Virus record (IMG/VR): IMGVR_UViG_3300021389_000035
Span: 1-51,714 of that record
Reading direction: 5' to 3' (one strand)
Source: a virus
DNA: 51,714 nt
Position 1 is the stretch's first letter; each line of letters begins with the position of its first letter. Of this stretch, positions 33,218 to 40,310 are shown in pieces. The notes beneath the pieces were generated by a model. That model had not been told where the DNA came from, searched no databases, and worked only from the letters and a program-made list of their open reading frames with translations. A program made the translations under genes and the position numbers.

Positions 33218-33273
33218 AAGTGTTGACTTCTTGTTATGATTATGAGATAATGGTTACCTAATTGAGTTGAGAG
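33218..33273 (+). repeat. early promoter + leader cassette, copy B
   Basis: Exact 56-bp copy of 32948-33003. Confidence 0.95.
33223..33251 (+). promoter_or_regulatory. early-cassette promoter (extended -10)
   Basis: TTGACT 33223-28, 17-nt spacer, TGA+GATAAT 33246-51. Confidence 0.7.
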
Positions 33274-33278
33274 ATATT

Positions 33279-33416
33279 ATGAATAGAGAAGAACAGATTA
33301 CTTACCACTGGAATGACTTGATGGTTCATTGTGAAACTAAAGAACGTTTCAATGAAGAAGAGTTCGAAAGAATCTACAACGAGATTGTTGCAAAAATCAA
33401 TGAGATGGAGAATTAA
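33279..33416 (+). CDS. 45-aa hypothetical early protein
   Basis: Hand-translated MNREEQITYHWNDLMVHCETKERFNEEEFERIYNEIVAKINEMEN. ATG 6 nt after the cassette GAGAG. Confidence 0.5.
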   Translation: MNREEQITYHWNDLMVHCETKERFNEEEFERIYNEIVAKINEMEN

Positions 33417-33417
33417 A

Positions 33418-33720
33418 ATGACCGCATTCGTTAAAGAAAACTTCAGCTGGGACGGTATGTACCTTATGTATCAAGGTGAGTTCGAAGGTTCACGCACTAT
33501 GGAAGAGATAGCACCGAACTGTCACCCATCTTGGTATGGTCAACCAGAACGTAGGTTCATTGCGCGATTCAAGTATGGTTCGAAACCATTTAAGTCTTGG
33601 ATTAACTTCCTATGTAAGAAAGTCTCGATCGAAGAGTATATCGAGATGAGTCAAAAAACTAGTCCGATGGAGACGATGGAATACTTCGGTTTCAAACCAC
33701 GTAAGAAGAGGACTGTATGA
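33418..33720 (+). CDS. hypothetical protein
   Basis: 100 aa from ATG 33418 (MTAFVKENFSWDG...), 1 nt after the previous stop. The track start 33331 would overlap the 45-aa ORF. Confidence 0.55.
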   Translation: MTAFVKENFSWDGMYLMYQGEFEGSRTMEEIAPNCHPSWYGQPERRFIARFKYGSKPFKSWINFLCKKVSIEEYIEMSQKTSPMETMEYFGFKPRKKRTV

Positions 33721-33935
33721 TGTACGGTAAAGTTGGCGACACTATTCAATGGGAAACTCATAATGCCATAATTACAGGTGAGATAGTGTTTGTTCATGAG
33801 AATCTAATCGATAACGATATTGATTACTATAGTATTGCGACTGGCCCTGAACCTATGGACAGACACTTTCTTGATAGTAAAATGATGAAAACCCTTAATG
33901 TTAAAAATTTATCTAACGGAGAACAATATGTCTAA
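33717..33935 (+). CDS. hypothetical protein
   Basis: 72-aa ORF, ATGA overlap with the upstream gene. Confidence 0.5.
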   Translation: MMYGKVGDTIQWETHNAIITGEIVFVHENLIDNDIDYYSIATGPEPMDRHFLDSKMMKTLNVKNLSNGEQYV

Positions 33936-34152
33936 AATGATGATTGAAATGGAAGAGGAACAGGTTGACGCGATAATGATCAGTGAATTGAAATGGCACC
34001 TCGAAACCTTCAGGAAAGATCTGGAACGCAGAGAAAAGGGTGGGGGTTTGTCTATATTTGATAATGACCCTAAGGCTGATGTTGTTTACCTGAATGAATA
34101 TATCGAGGCCTTCGGTTTAGTGTTGGATTACTATGGTGGTAATCTAAAATGA
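33928..34152 (+). CDS. small protein of the ...VLDYYGG family
   Basis: 74 aa from ATG 33928 (GGAGA RBS). VDAIMISELKWHLE...EYIEAFGLVLDYYGG is paralogous to ORF 38051 (..EIVIADLQQHID...EYLLAFRLVLDWYGG). Confidence 0.6.
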   Translation: MSKMMIEMEEEQVDAIMISELKWHLETFRKDLERREKGGGLSIFDNDPKADVVYLNEYIEAFGLVLDYYGGNLK

Positions 34153-34304
34153 GTAAGTCACTCGTATTGGGGATAATTGAGGAAGAGTTAACTCGACTTC
34201 ATAAGGAAGCAAAAGAAAGTACAGAAACTTCTACTCTCTTAATGGCTGCCCACGCTATTGGACTGATGCAGAGAGTGAAACAACGTATCGAAGAGGAAGT
34301 ATAG
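34149..34304 (+). CDS. 51-aa hypothetical protein
   Basis: Hand-translated MSKSLVLGIIEEELTRLHKEAKESTETSTLLMAAHAIGLMQRVKQRIEEEV. ATGA overlap upstream; its stop is 1 nt before the next ATG. Confidence 0.5.
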   Translation: MSKSLVLGIIEEELTRLHKEAKESTETSTLLMAAHAIGLMQRVKQRIEEEV

Positions 34305-34305
34305 A

Positions 34306-34596
34306 ATGATTCACGGTAGTATGCGACACTATGCAAATGGACGTAAGAAGAAGTACAATGCATGGACGACCAAGAAACGTGAACACACGTTTACTGAATA
34401 TACACCGGAACAACCTTATATACGTGAGACTCCGGTTTATAACTCTCTTGATACTGGTACGGGTAGTACATTAAAGAAAGAAAGAATGGTGTATACCGGA
34501 ACCTTGGTCAAGGGTATCAGTACTATGCACAAGTCTAATGCGGTACCGATTATCAACCAAGAAGAAGCCATAGAACATGCGAGGATGAGACGATGA
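34306..34596 (+). CDS. hypothetical basic protein
   Basis: 96-aa ORF, tightly packed with neighbours. C-terminal GISTMHKSNAVPII..EEAIEHARMRR. Confidence 0.55.
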   Translation: MIHGSMRHYANGRKKKYNAWTTKKREHTFTEYTPEQPYIRETPVYNSLDTGTGSTLKKERMVYTGTLVKGISTMHKSNAVPIINQEEAIEHARMRR

Positions 34597-34829
34597 GTGA
34601 ACGACTATTGACTTCTCTATGGAGAGAAGAACTGACTGACTGGGGTGACCATAAGACTCCGAACCATACCTACATTACCCGAGGTTCTCAGTTGATAGGG
34701 TATGTCAAACGTGGTACGACCGAGGTAATCGAGTTCAGTACACCCCTGAAGACTTGGGCAGTGACTCGCAGGAAGTTCCGCAAGTTATCCAAAAAAGAGA
34801 TAAGAACCTATCTTGATATAACAAAATGA
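34593..34829 (+). CDS. hypothetical protein
   Basis: 78-aa ORF, ATGA overlap upstream. Confidence 0.5.
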   Translation: MSERLLTSLWREELTDWGDHKTPNHTYITRGSQLIGYVKRGTTEVIEFSTPLKTWAVTRRKFRKLSKKEIRTYLDITK

Positions 34830-34852
34830 TCTAAAAATAAGTGAAATAAATC

Positions 34853-34881
34853 TTGCATACTTGTTATTATTATGAGACAAT
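34853..34881 (+). promoter_or_regulatory. early-cassette promoter, diverged copy
   Basis: TTGCAT 34853-58, 17-nt spacer ending in TGA, GACAAT 34876-81. Leader CTATTGAGTTGAGAGGTGTTTGTTATG is identical to copy A over its last 26 nt. Confidence 0.6.
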
Positions 34882-34911
34882 AGTACCCTATTGAGTTGAG
34901 AGGTGTTTGTT

Positions 34912-35151
34912 ATGTTTCCAGTTAAGTTGAATGATTTTCGTGATTATGTCCATATGTTCTACGGTAAGGACGGTATCTATGACCTTGGTTGTAGTATCCC
35001 TGATATCCAGTCTGCGATTATGGAATATATGACTAGTCTAGCAATGCACGCCCACCAAGAGAATTCTATGACTTGGGGTGACGGTGACAGTCTTGACCGT
35101 GAACGTGTTCGTGCGATTTTAGAGTCTAATGGTTTCGAGGAGATTAAATAA
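34912..35151 (+). CDS. hypothetical protein
   Basis: 79 aa from ATG 34912, at the same spacing from GAGAGG as in cassette A (track GTG 34903). Confidence 0.55.
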   Translation: MFPVKLNDFRDYVHMFYGKDGIYDLGCSIPDIQSAIMEYMTSLAMHAHQENSMTWGDGDSLDRERVRAILESNGFEEIK

Positions 35152-35564
35152 TGTATGTTTTTATCGAAGGTCGTCATAAGAATAAAGCGGTTGTTGAAAA
35201 ATATGTCGATAACCTATGTCGTGCATTGCAGATCAATCGTCTTCAACGTCTATTGACCATTCGATTCAAAGGAACATTAGAAGGTTCTGCCCAAGGTCTG
35301 TGTCACGGTGAACATGACTATGCTGAGATTGAGATTGGTACCAAAGGTCAGACCTTTATGCGTCAGATGCAAGCACTTGCTCACGAGATGGTTCATGCGA
35401 AACAATTCTTGCGTGGAGAATTATCCTCGACCGGTGTTTGGAAGTGGAAAGGTCGTAAGGCAGAGAATTACGAATACCTTAACCAACCTTGGGAAAAGGA
35501 AGCCTACAAGATGGAACGTGATCTGTTCTTGGACTTCTTCCCATTCGATATGGAAGTGAAATGA
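35151..35564 (+). CDS. HExxH zinc metallopeptidase-like protein (SprT-like)
   Basis: 137 aa. LAHEMVHAKQF contains HExxH. Size and context are typical of small phage SprT-like proteins. Confidence 0.5.
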   Translation: MYVFIEGRHKNKAVVEKYVDNLCRALQINRLQRLLTIRFKGTLEGSAQGLCHGEHDYAEIEIGTKGQTFMRQMQALAHEMVHAKQFLRGELSSTGVWKWKGRKAENYEYLNQPWEKEAYKMERDLFLDFFPFDMEVK

Positions 35565-35758
35565 TACGTTTTGTTTTTCTCTCGATTAGTTTCTTGATAC
35601 TAGTTCACGCAGTAAGTTTACGGCTTGAATTTGGTGATGCGGGATTTTGGTCTTTGGCGACTATTCCCGCATTGGGATATATTCTCCTATTTTTATCTGA
35701 CATATGGAAATATATACATAGTTATGAAACAACAAAGAGGAGACGTGACACAAAATGA
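35561..35758 (+). CDS. small two-TM membrane protein
   Basis: 65 aa. Two hydrophobic segments (FVFLSISFLILVHAV; LATIPALGYILLFL) and a basic C-terminus. Confidence 0.55.
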   Translation: MIRFVFLSISFLILVHAVSLRLEFGDAGFWSLATIPALGYILLFLSDIWKYIHSYETTKRRRDTK

Positions 35759-36120
35759 AAGCACTACTATTGATCGGTGCCCTTGCGGTAACCGGATGTT
35801 CAACCATATCTAACACTAGTTTCTATGATGATAATGAAAGTAAGGCAGTAGTTGATGTCTGGGTATCAGTTCAGAATTTAGATTGTTCATCTGAACTAGC
35901 GCCACTACAGGTCGATGACATTGTACAATCCAAACAATGGTTAAAGACTTATTCAACTGGGAAGGGATCTAAAGATGTCCTTGAGATGGTCAGTATCTTC
36001 GAGAAGAGTCTCGATGGACTATCCGGAAGAGAATTTGGAGAGACCTACTGTAACTTAAAAAAGAAGACATTAATAAACCAGTCCGAGAAAATGACTAAAG
36101 CAATGATGAGGAGATTTTAA
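35755..36120 (+). CDS. lipoprotein
   Basis: 121 aa. MKALLLIGALAVTGC with canonical lipobox (A-V-T-G-C). ATGA overlap with the membrane protein gene. Confidence 0.7.
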   Translation: MKALLLIGALAVTGCSTISNTSFYDDNESKAVVDVWVSVQNLDCSSELAPLQVDDIVQSKQWLKTYSTGKGSKDVLEMVSIFEKSLDGLSGREFGETYCNLKKKTLINQSEKMTKAMMRRF

Positions 36121-36299
36121 TGGAAAGCTATGATCAAAGAATTAAAGACATCCAATTGTTAGACGAACTGTCTACCGATGAGAAACGTGAACTATTAGAA
36201 GATCTCAGATTAGAGATTGAGATGGATGATGCTGTAAGTGATATGGAAACCAAAGCTACCCTATTGAAGACAGTTAATCTGTTGATGAAAGTTATTTAA
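36120..36299 (+). CDS. 59-aa acidic hypothetical protein
   Basis: Hand-translated MESYDQRIKDIQLLDELSTDEKRELLEDLRLEIEMDDAVSDMETKATLLKTVNLLMKVI. TAATG junction upstream. Confidence 0.5.
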   Translation: MESYDQRIKDIQLLDELSTDEKRELLEDLRLEIEMDDAVSDMETKATLLKTVNLLMKVI

Positions 36300-36318
36300 C
36301 TTTTTTTGAAAAAAAGTG

Positions 36319-36347
36319 TTGCCAACTTGTTCTGAATATGAGATAAT
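36319..36347 (+). promoter_or_regulatory. early-cassette promoter, diverged copy
   Basis: AAGTGTTGCCA with TTGCCA 36319-24, 17-nt spacer ending in TGA, GATAAT 36342-47. Leader TTGAATTGAG follows. Confidence 0.6.
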
Positions 36348-36361
36348 GTCCTTGTTGAATT

Positions 36362-36386
36362 GAGTTAACCTTTTAAATAGAGAGTA
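36362..36386 (+). repeat. 25-bp direct repeat, left copy (leader/RBS sequence)
   Basis: GAGTTAACCTTTTAAATAGAGAGTA, identical to 36593-36617. The pair brackets the GC-rich 67-aa ORF. Confidence 0.95.
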
Positions 36387-36389
36387 ACT

Positions 36390-36593
36390 ATGTTTGGATG
36401 TAGATTAGATAGATTCGTTATTGCTGGTCAGGATGGCAAGCCAATGCCCGAAACAGATGATGAGCTCGAAGTAAGAGCTTACCAAATAGGCAGAGCGCAG
36501 GCAGGAATAGCGCCCCTGAAAGTAATAACGGAAACAAAAGTAGAACAGCGCCCGCGAGAGTCGTGGAAAACATTGGGAATTGTTGGCGCATAG
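36390..36593 (+). CDS. 67-aa hypothetical protein on a compositionally foreign cassette
   Basis: ORF with GC-rich codons (GCG, CCC, CTG, CGC) unlike its neighbours. About 51% GC by hand count over 36421-36590. Preceded by a duplicated leader. Confidence 0.45.
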   Translation: MFGCRLDRFVIAGQDGKPMPETDDELEVRAYQIGRAQAGIAPLKVITETKVEQRPRESWKTLGIVGA

Positions 36594-36617
36594 AGTTAAC
36601 CTTTTAAATAGAGAGTA
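36593..36617 (+). repeat. 25-bp direct repeat, right copy
   Basis: Identical to 36362-36386. Overlaps the last base (36593) of the TAG stop of the 67-aa ORF and forms the leader of the DUF932 gene. Confidence 0.95.
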
Positions 36618-36623
36618 TATATT

Positions 36624-37589
36624 ATGAGTATGAATGACATTTTACAAATCGAGACTACTGCTTCTGTTGGTTCTTCGCCATGGGGTATCGGTGAGATTGT
36701 TTCTGGTGACCTGACTCCACGTCAAATGATGGAGAAGGCAGGTTGTAACTGGTCGGTAGAAAAGGTTCCTACCTATGCCGACTATAAAGGTGACAAGATC
36801 CCTACCGGTATGGAAGCTCTTGTTCGTTCTTCGGACAATAAAGTTCTCACCCAAGTTGGTGGTAACTGGGAACCTTGTCAGAACGAGACTGCGTTTGAGT
36901 TCTTCAACGAATACTGCCTCGAAGGTGGTATGCAGATGGACACTGCCGGTTCTCTGAAAGGCGGCAAGATGGTCTGGGCACTTGCCAAGGTCAATGAGTC
37001 TTTCGATGTGTTGAAGGGTGATCGAGTTGATTCCTATCTTCTTTTCTCCAACCCACACGAGTACGGTAAGTCAATCGACATCCGTTTCACTCCGATCCGT
37101 GTATCGTGCATGAACACTCTTGCGTATGCCCTGAAGGGTCGTGCGATCAATGGTGCGAAGATGAATCACCGCCGTGCGTTTGATGCGAATCACGTTAAGA
37201 CTACTCTTGGTCTTGCTCATGAGAAGTTCGAACAGTACAAAGAACTGTCTCAATTCCTTGCGGGTAAGCAGTTCAAGATGGAGAACTTGATTCAGTACTA
37301 CAATGAAGTATTCCCTCGTACTTACCAAGGTAAGAACCCACCACAGGTCAAAACGTATGCTGACTTAACCACTAATGGTCAGAAGGCATTCGATGTGTTG
37401 GAGACTCAGCCAGGTGCAGAGTTTGGTGTGGGTTCATGGTGGCAAGCACTGAACAGTGTAACCTACTTGACTGACCATGAGATGGGTCGTGAAGCAGATT
37501 CACGTATGACATCTGCATGGTTCGGTTCTAACCAAAACCGTAAACAACTTGCGGTATCAAAAGCAATCGAATTTGCGGAGGCTCTATAA
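36624..37589 (+). CDS. DUF932-family (phage/plasmid-like, TIGR03299-type) protein
   Basis: 321 aa. Pattern ..NW.VEK.P.......G..IP....ALVRS.D..VL..VG..W.P.QN..AFEFF...GG..WALAK...SNPH.G..SI resembles DUF932 as I recall it. Confidence 0.6.
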   Translation: MSMNDILQIETTASVGSSPWGIGEIVSGDLTPRQMMEKAGCNWSVEKVPTYADYKGDKIPTGMEALVRSSDNKVLTQVGGNWEPCQNETAFEFFNEYCLEGGMQMDTAGSLKGGKMVWALAKVNESFDVLKGDRVDSYLLFSNPHEYGKSIDIRFTPIRVSCMNTLAYALKGRAINGAKMNHRRAFDANHVKTTLGLAHEKFEQYKELSQFLAGKQFKMENLIQYYNEVFPRTYQGKNPPQVKTYADLTTNGQKAFDVLETQPGAEFGVGSWWQALNSVTYLTDHEMGREADSRMTSAWFGSNQNRKQLAVSKAIEFAEAL

Positions 37590-38050
37590 TGTGTGGAGGT
37601 TACTCGGGAGAACATGAAGTGAAACTTATTCGTAACGCGCTACAAACGCCTGACGGCACAATCATCGAGTCAACGCATCGTCATGACTACGTGACTTATA
37701 CAGATGCCAATGGTAAAGAATACATGGTTGACGGTGGTTTAGATTATTTGAGACGGTCTATTCACGATGATCAGATTGACCTGAGTGAGTATGATGATGC
37801 GCCTCATGAACGACAACGTGAGTTACTTACGTGGGGAACATACGGTATCAATGGCGACCAACCATTGCAGTATAAGACTATCGCAGAAATGGAAACAGGA
37901 CACCTCGAAGCTGTAGTAAAAATGACTGGTATATGTCCAAGACGAAGAAAATGTATGCAAAAAGAATTGGAGTTACGCCTTCAAGAGCAAAAAGACCTTG
38001 ATTGTTATATTACAAGCTACATTATTCCTCCCGAAAAAGAGGTTAAGTAA
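37589..38050 (+). CDS. conserved-looking hypothetical phage protein
   Basis: 153-aa ORF, TAATG junction. TPDGTIIESTHRHDYVTYTDANGKEYMVDGGLDYLRR motif is recalled from other phage proteins of unknown function. Confidence 0.55.
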   Translation: MCGGYSGEHEVKLIRNALQTPDGTIIESTHRHDYVTYTDANGKEYMVDGGLDYLRRSIHDDQIDLSEYDDAPHERQRELLTWGTYGINGDQPLQYKTIAEMETGHLEAVVKMTGICPRRRKCMQKELELRLQEQKDLDCYITSYIIPPEKEVK

Positions 38051-38206
38051 ATGAAAATTGAAATAGAGTTAGACCACGAAAAAACTGATGAGATTGTTAT
38101 TGCGGATTTGCAACAACATATTGACAACTTAGAAGAAGAACACGATGCGGACAATGAAGAATATCTTCTGGCGTTTCGTTTAGTGTTGGATTGGTACGGA
38201 GGATAA
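38051..38206 (+). CDS. small protein of the ...VLDWYGG family (paralogue of 33928)
   Basis: Hand-translated 51 aa MKIEIELDHEKTDEIVIADLQQHIDNLEEEHDADNEEYLLAFRLVLDWYGG. Starts right after the previous stop. Confidence 0.6.
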   Translation: MKIEIELDHEKTDEIVIADLQQHIDNLEEEHDADNEEYLLAFRLVLDWYGG

Positions 38207-38209
38207 GTA

Positions 38210-38497
38210 ATGAAACGTAAAGATCCTATATTCGATCTGGAACAACATATCATGGAAGCATGGTCGGTTGTTGATGATATTGATATGATAACAACATACT
38301 TTGTAGATAGTCCGGATTGGGCTGGGCATCACTTCAGTGCTGAAGCAGAAGATGCGCTTATGAATAAATATTTCTCTGTCAAAGAACTGTATGCGTTAAA
38401 GTTCGAGAGATTGTTTCATACTTTCGAAAAGGTGTGTAAAGAGTATCATGTACGTGGAAAAAAACTATCGGAGTTTGTAGAAGATGCCGACTTATAG
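38210..38497 (+). CDS. hypothetical protein
   Basis: 95-aa ORF, tight packing. Confidence 0.5.
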   Translation: MKRKDPIFDLEQHIMEAWSVVDDIDMITTYFVDSPDWAGHHFSAEAEDALMNKYFSVKELYALKFERLFHTFEKVCKEYHVRGKKLSEFVEDADL

Positions 38498-38678
38498 TTA
38501 CAAGTGTTCGAAGTGTGATGTCGTCACAGATGTCCGTATGAGTATGAGTGAAACTGAACGAGAGATGGAACTTCCGTGCACGGCCTGTGACGAAGATACT
38601 CAACAAATTAAAGTGATTACTCAGAGTGGTGGATTCCAACTCAAGGGTAATGGATGGTTTAATAAAGGTGGATATTAA
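38484..38678 (+). CDS. FmdB-family CxxC...CxxC zinc-ribbon protein
   Basis: 64 aa. MPTYSYKCSKCDVV...LPCTACDE matches the MPxYxYxCxxC ... CxxC pattern of FmdB-type zinc ribbons. Confidence 0.7.
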   Translation: MPTYSYKCSKCDVVTDVRMSMSETEREMELPCTACDEDTQQIKVITQSGGFQLKGNGWFNKGGY

Positions 38679-38680
38679 TT

Positions 38681-38959
38681 ATGACAATGCCAAATGAAAG
38701 ACGTAATGCTGTTAACCGTACTCGTATATTCTTACTTGACTTAATGGATCCTAAGAAGACACCACGTGTACCAAAATCCATAAGAAAAGAAGCGGCAAGT
38801 TGTTTGAGACATTATCCAGGCGAATACTATATGCTATTAGCTTCGGAACAGGCACCAGAAGTATTTGGTGAATGGAATAGTGGATGGCCAGAGAGTGACC
38901 CCGTTATGGCGGTAATAGACAAAGTTTTTGAAGAACACGGTAAGCAAAACGATGAGTGA
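38681..38959 (+). CDS. hypothetical protein
   Basis: 92-aa ORF. No firm motif. Confidence 0.5.
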   Translation: MTMPNERRNAVNRTRIFLLDLMDPKKTPRVPKSIRKEAASCLRHYPGEYYMLLASEQAPEVFGEWNSGWPESDPVMAVIDKVFEEHGKQNDE

Positions 38960-39272
38960 TTATAGACCAGACAACTGGGTCGTGTTGAAAATAACTTATA
39001 GTGAAGAAACATTATATAAGGTACTCGGTGGTTGGAGTGGTGGGTATCTTGATGGTGACTCTTGGCGCATGAACAGTGGTATCAACTTAGCATTTGAACA
39101 CAAAGAACATATAGACTTCTATGGTCATTCGGGTAGTTGTTATCACTGTCATAGAAAAAGTTACGGATTGCGTATGAATAACGCTGGCGTGTATAATCAA
39201 ATTAAAGAACGCTTTGGTGATAAAGTAGAGTTGATGCCTGAAGACACAAATTGGATGGAGATTGAGTGGTGA
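38952..39272 (+). CDS. hypothetical protein
   Basis: 106 aa from ATG 38952 (MSDYRPDNWVVLKI...), 8-nt overlap upstream. The track start 38928 is less likely. Confidence 0.5.
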   Translation: MSDYRPDNWVVLKITYSEETLYKVLGGWSGGYLDGDSWRMNSGINLAFEHKEHIDFYGHSGSCYHCHRKSYGLRMNNAGVYNQIKERFGDKVELMPEDTNWMEIEW

Positions 39273-39276
39273 GGAA

Positions 39277-39603
39277 ATGAAAACTTACACTGTACTAGCG
39301 AATCGTTGGGGTGATGCTGAAAAACATACCTATTTTGTTGGCGTGTATGATGATGTTGTTCGTGCGTATCGTGCGGCAATCTCTGAAGAGTGCTGGCGTG
39401 GTGGTAAGTATGAATGTGTCGTACACGAAAGCGAACTCAATGCCGAGAACTTCTGTGACTTTCACGGCGAAAGTATAGAAGAATGGTGTGAGAAACAGTA
39501 TTTCCCCGAAGGTCATTATGCGTTAGACGTTATGACTCGAGTCAATCAACATTATGATTTGTATAACATTACAGCGGGTGAAAACCCATTGGTGAAGAAA
39601 TGA
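39277..39603 (+). CDS. hypothetical protein
   Basis: 108 aa from ATG 39277 (GAGGAA RBS). The track start is TTG 39262. Confidence 0.5.
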   Translation: MKTYTVLANRWGDAEKHTYFVGVYDDVVRAYRAAISEECWRGGKYECVVHESELNAENFCDFHGESIEEWCEKQYFPEGHYALDVMTRVNQHYDLYNITAGENPLVKK

Positions 39604-39818
39604 GTATTCGAGTAAATAAAAGACAAGTAGTATCTGGTGAACTGAAACCGTATTGCGCTTTCAGTGGTATTCACGATTACATGGAAGTCACTCAGTGGAC
39701 AAATGGCGAAGGGTTCGATATTAACATTGATCGTGATCAAAGACCTGAAAAGTTCAGTCTCACACACGGCGAGTTTGAGTTGTTACAAGTGTTGATGAAT
39801 TACAAGGCGAGTGAGTAA
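39600..39818 (+). CDS. hypothetical protein
   Basis: 72-aa ORF, ATGA overlap upstream. Confidence 0.5.
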   Translation: MSIRVNKRQVVSGELKPYCAFSGIHDYMEVTQWTNGEGFDINIDRDQRPEKFSLTHGEFELLQVLMNYKASE

Positions 39819-39854
39819 AGAGACTTAAAGTTAAACTCTGGTCACCTTTTGTTG

Positions 39855-39883
39855 TGTACATTGCCAAAAACATGTAGTATAAT
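39855..39883 (+). promoter_or_regulatory. early-cassette-like promoter, most diverged copy
   Basis: TATAAT 39878-83 followed by the leader AGTACCTTATTGAATTGAGAGAG. The -35 is unclear (TGTACA 39855-60 at 17 nt; TTGCCA at 39861 is only 11 nt away). Confidence 0.45.
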
Positions 39884-39914
39884 AGTACCTTATTGAATTG
39901 AGAGAGATTATATT

Positions 39915-40310
39915 ATGACAGATAAAGAAATACTAAACTTTGTAAGAGAGAATCTAACACTAGAGAAAGACGATAACGGCAGTTACAAAATAAAAGAAAT
40001 ACTCTGCCCCGTTTATGGCGATGTTGTTAATGATATTCATGGCCATGTTCTCGGCAACGTTTCTGGCAACGTTGGAGATATTAAAGGTAGTGTCTGGGGC
40101 AATGTTGAGGGCAGTGTTCGTGGCGATGTTGTTAACCATGTTTTTGGCGATGTTCGTGGCGATGTTCGTGGCAATGTCTGTGGGGATGTTAGAGGAAATG
40201 TCCATGGCGATGTTAAAGCGAGAGGCGATGTTCATGGAGTTAGTTATCGCTCTGCTATCGACACTGATGTCGGTACCACGAATAACTTACAGGAGAGGGA
40301 CTTGAAATGA
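39915..40310 (+). CDS. G-x-V-x tetrapeptide-repeat protein, paralogue 1
   Basis: 131 aa. About 35-aa N-terminal domain, then about 18 consecutive 4-residue repeats (GDVV NDIH GHVL GNVS GNVG DIKG SVWG NVEG SVRG DVVN HVFG DVRG DVRG NVCG DVRG NVHG DV..). Confidence 0.65.
   Translation: MTDKEILNFVRENLTLEKDDNGSYKIKEILCPVYGDVVNDIHGHVLGNVSGNVGDIKGSVWGNVEGSVRGDVVNHVFGDVRGDVRGNVCGDVRGNVHGDVKARGDVHGVSYRSAIDTDVGTTNNLQERDLK
40017..40235 (+). repeat. degenerate 12-bp tandem repeat (GGCGATGTTCGT-like) inside paralogue 1
   Basis: The period-12 unit GGC/GGG-RAT-GTT-NNN is readable directly. It also keeps an alternate + frame and a minus frame open. Confidence 0.8.

Noticed and set aside
35308-35559. Alternate-frame + ORFs nested in annotated genes (35308-35559, 2481-2705, 8135-8341, 12083-12289, 19165-19440, 24821-25051, 49001-49246 and others).
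   Set aside because: Each is fully contained in a gene with recognisable motifs or better start context, and has no independent RBS, coupling or motif support.
40015-40305. Alternate-frame + ORF (96 aa) and minus-strand ORF 39960-40235 inside the repeat gene.
   Set aside because: Both are by-products of the 12-bp GGCGATGTTNNN periodicity, which removes stop codons in several frames. The G-x-V-x frame has the start, the ATGA coupling and a paralogue.
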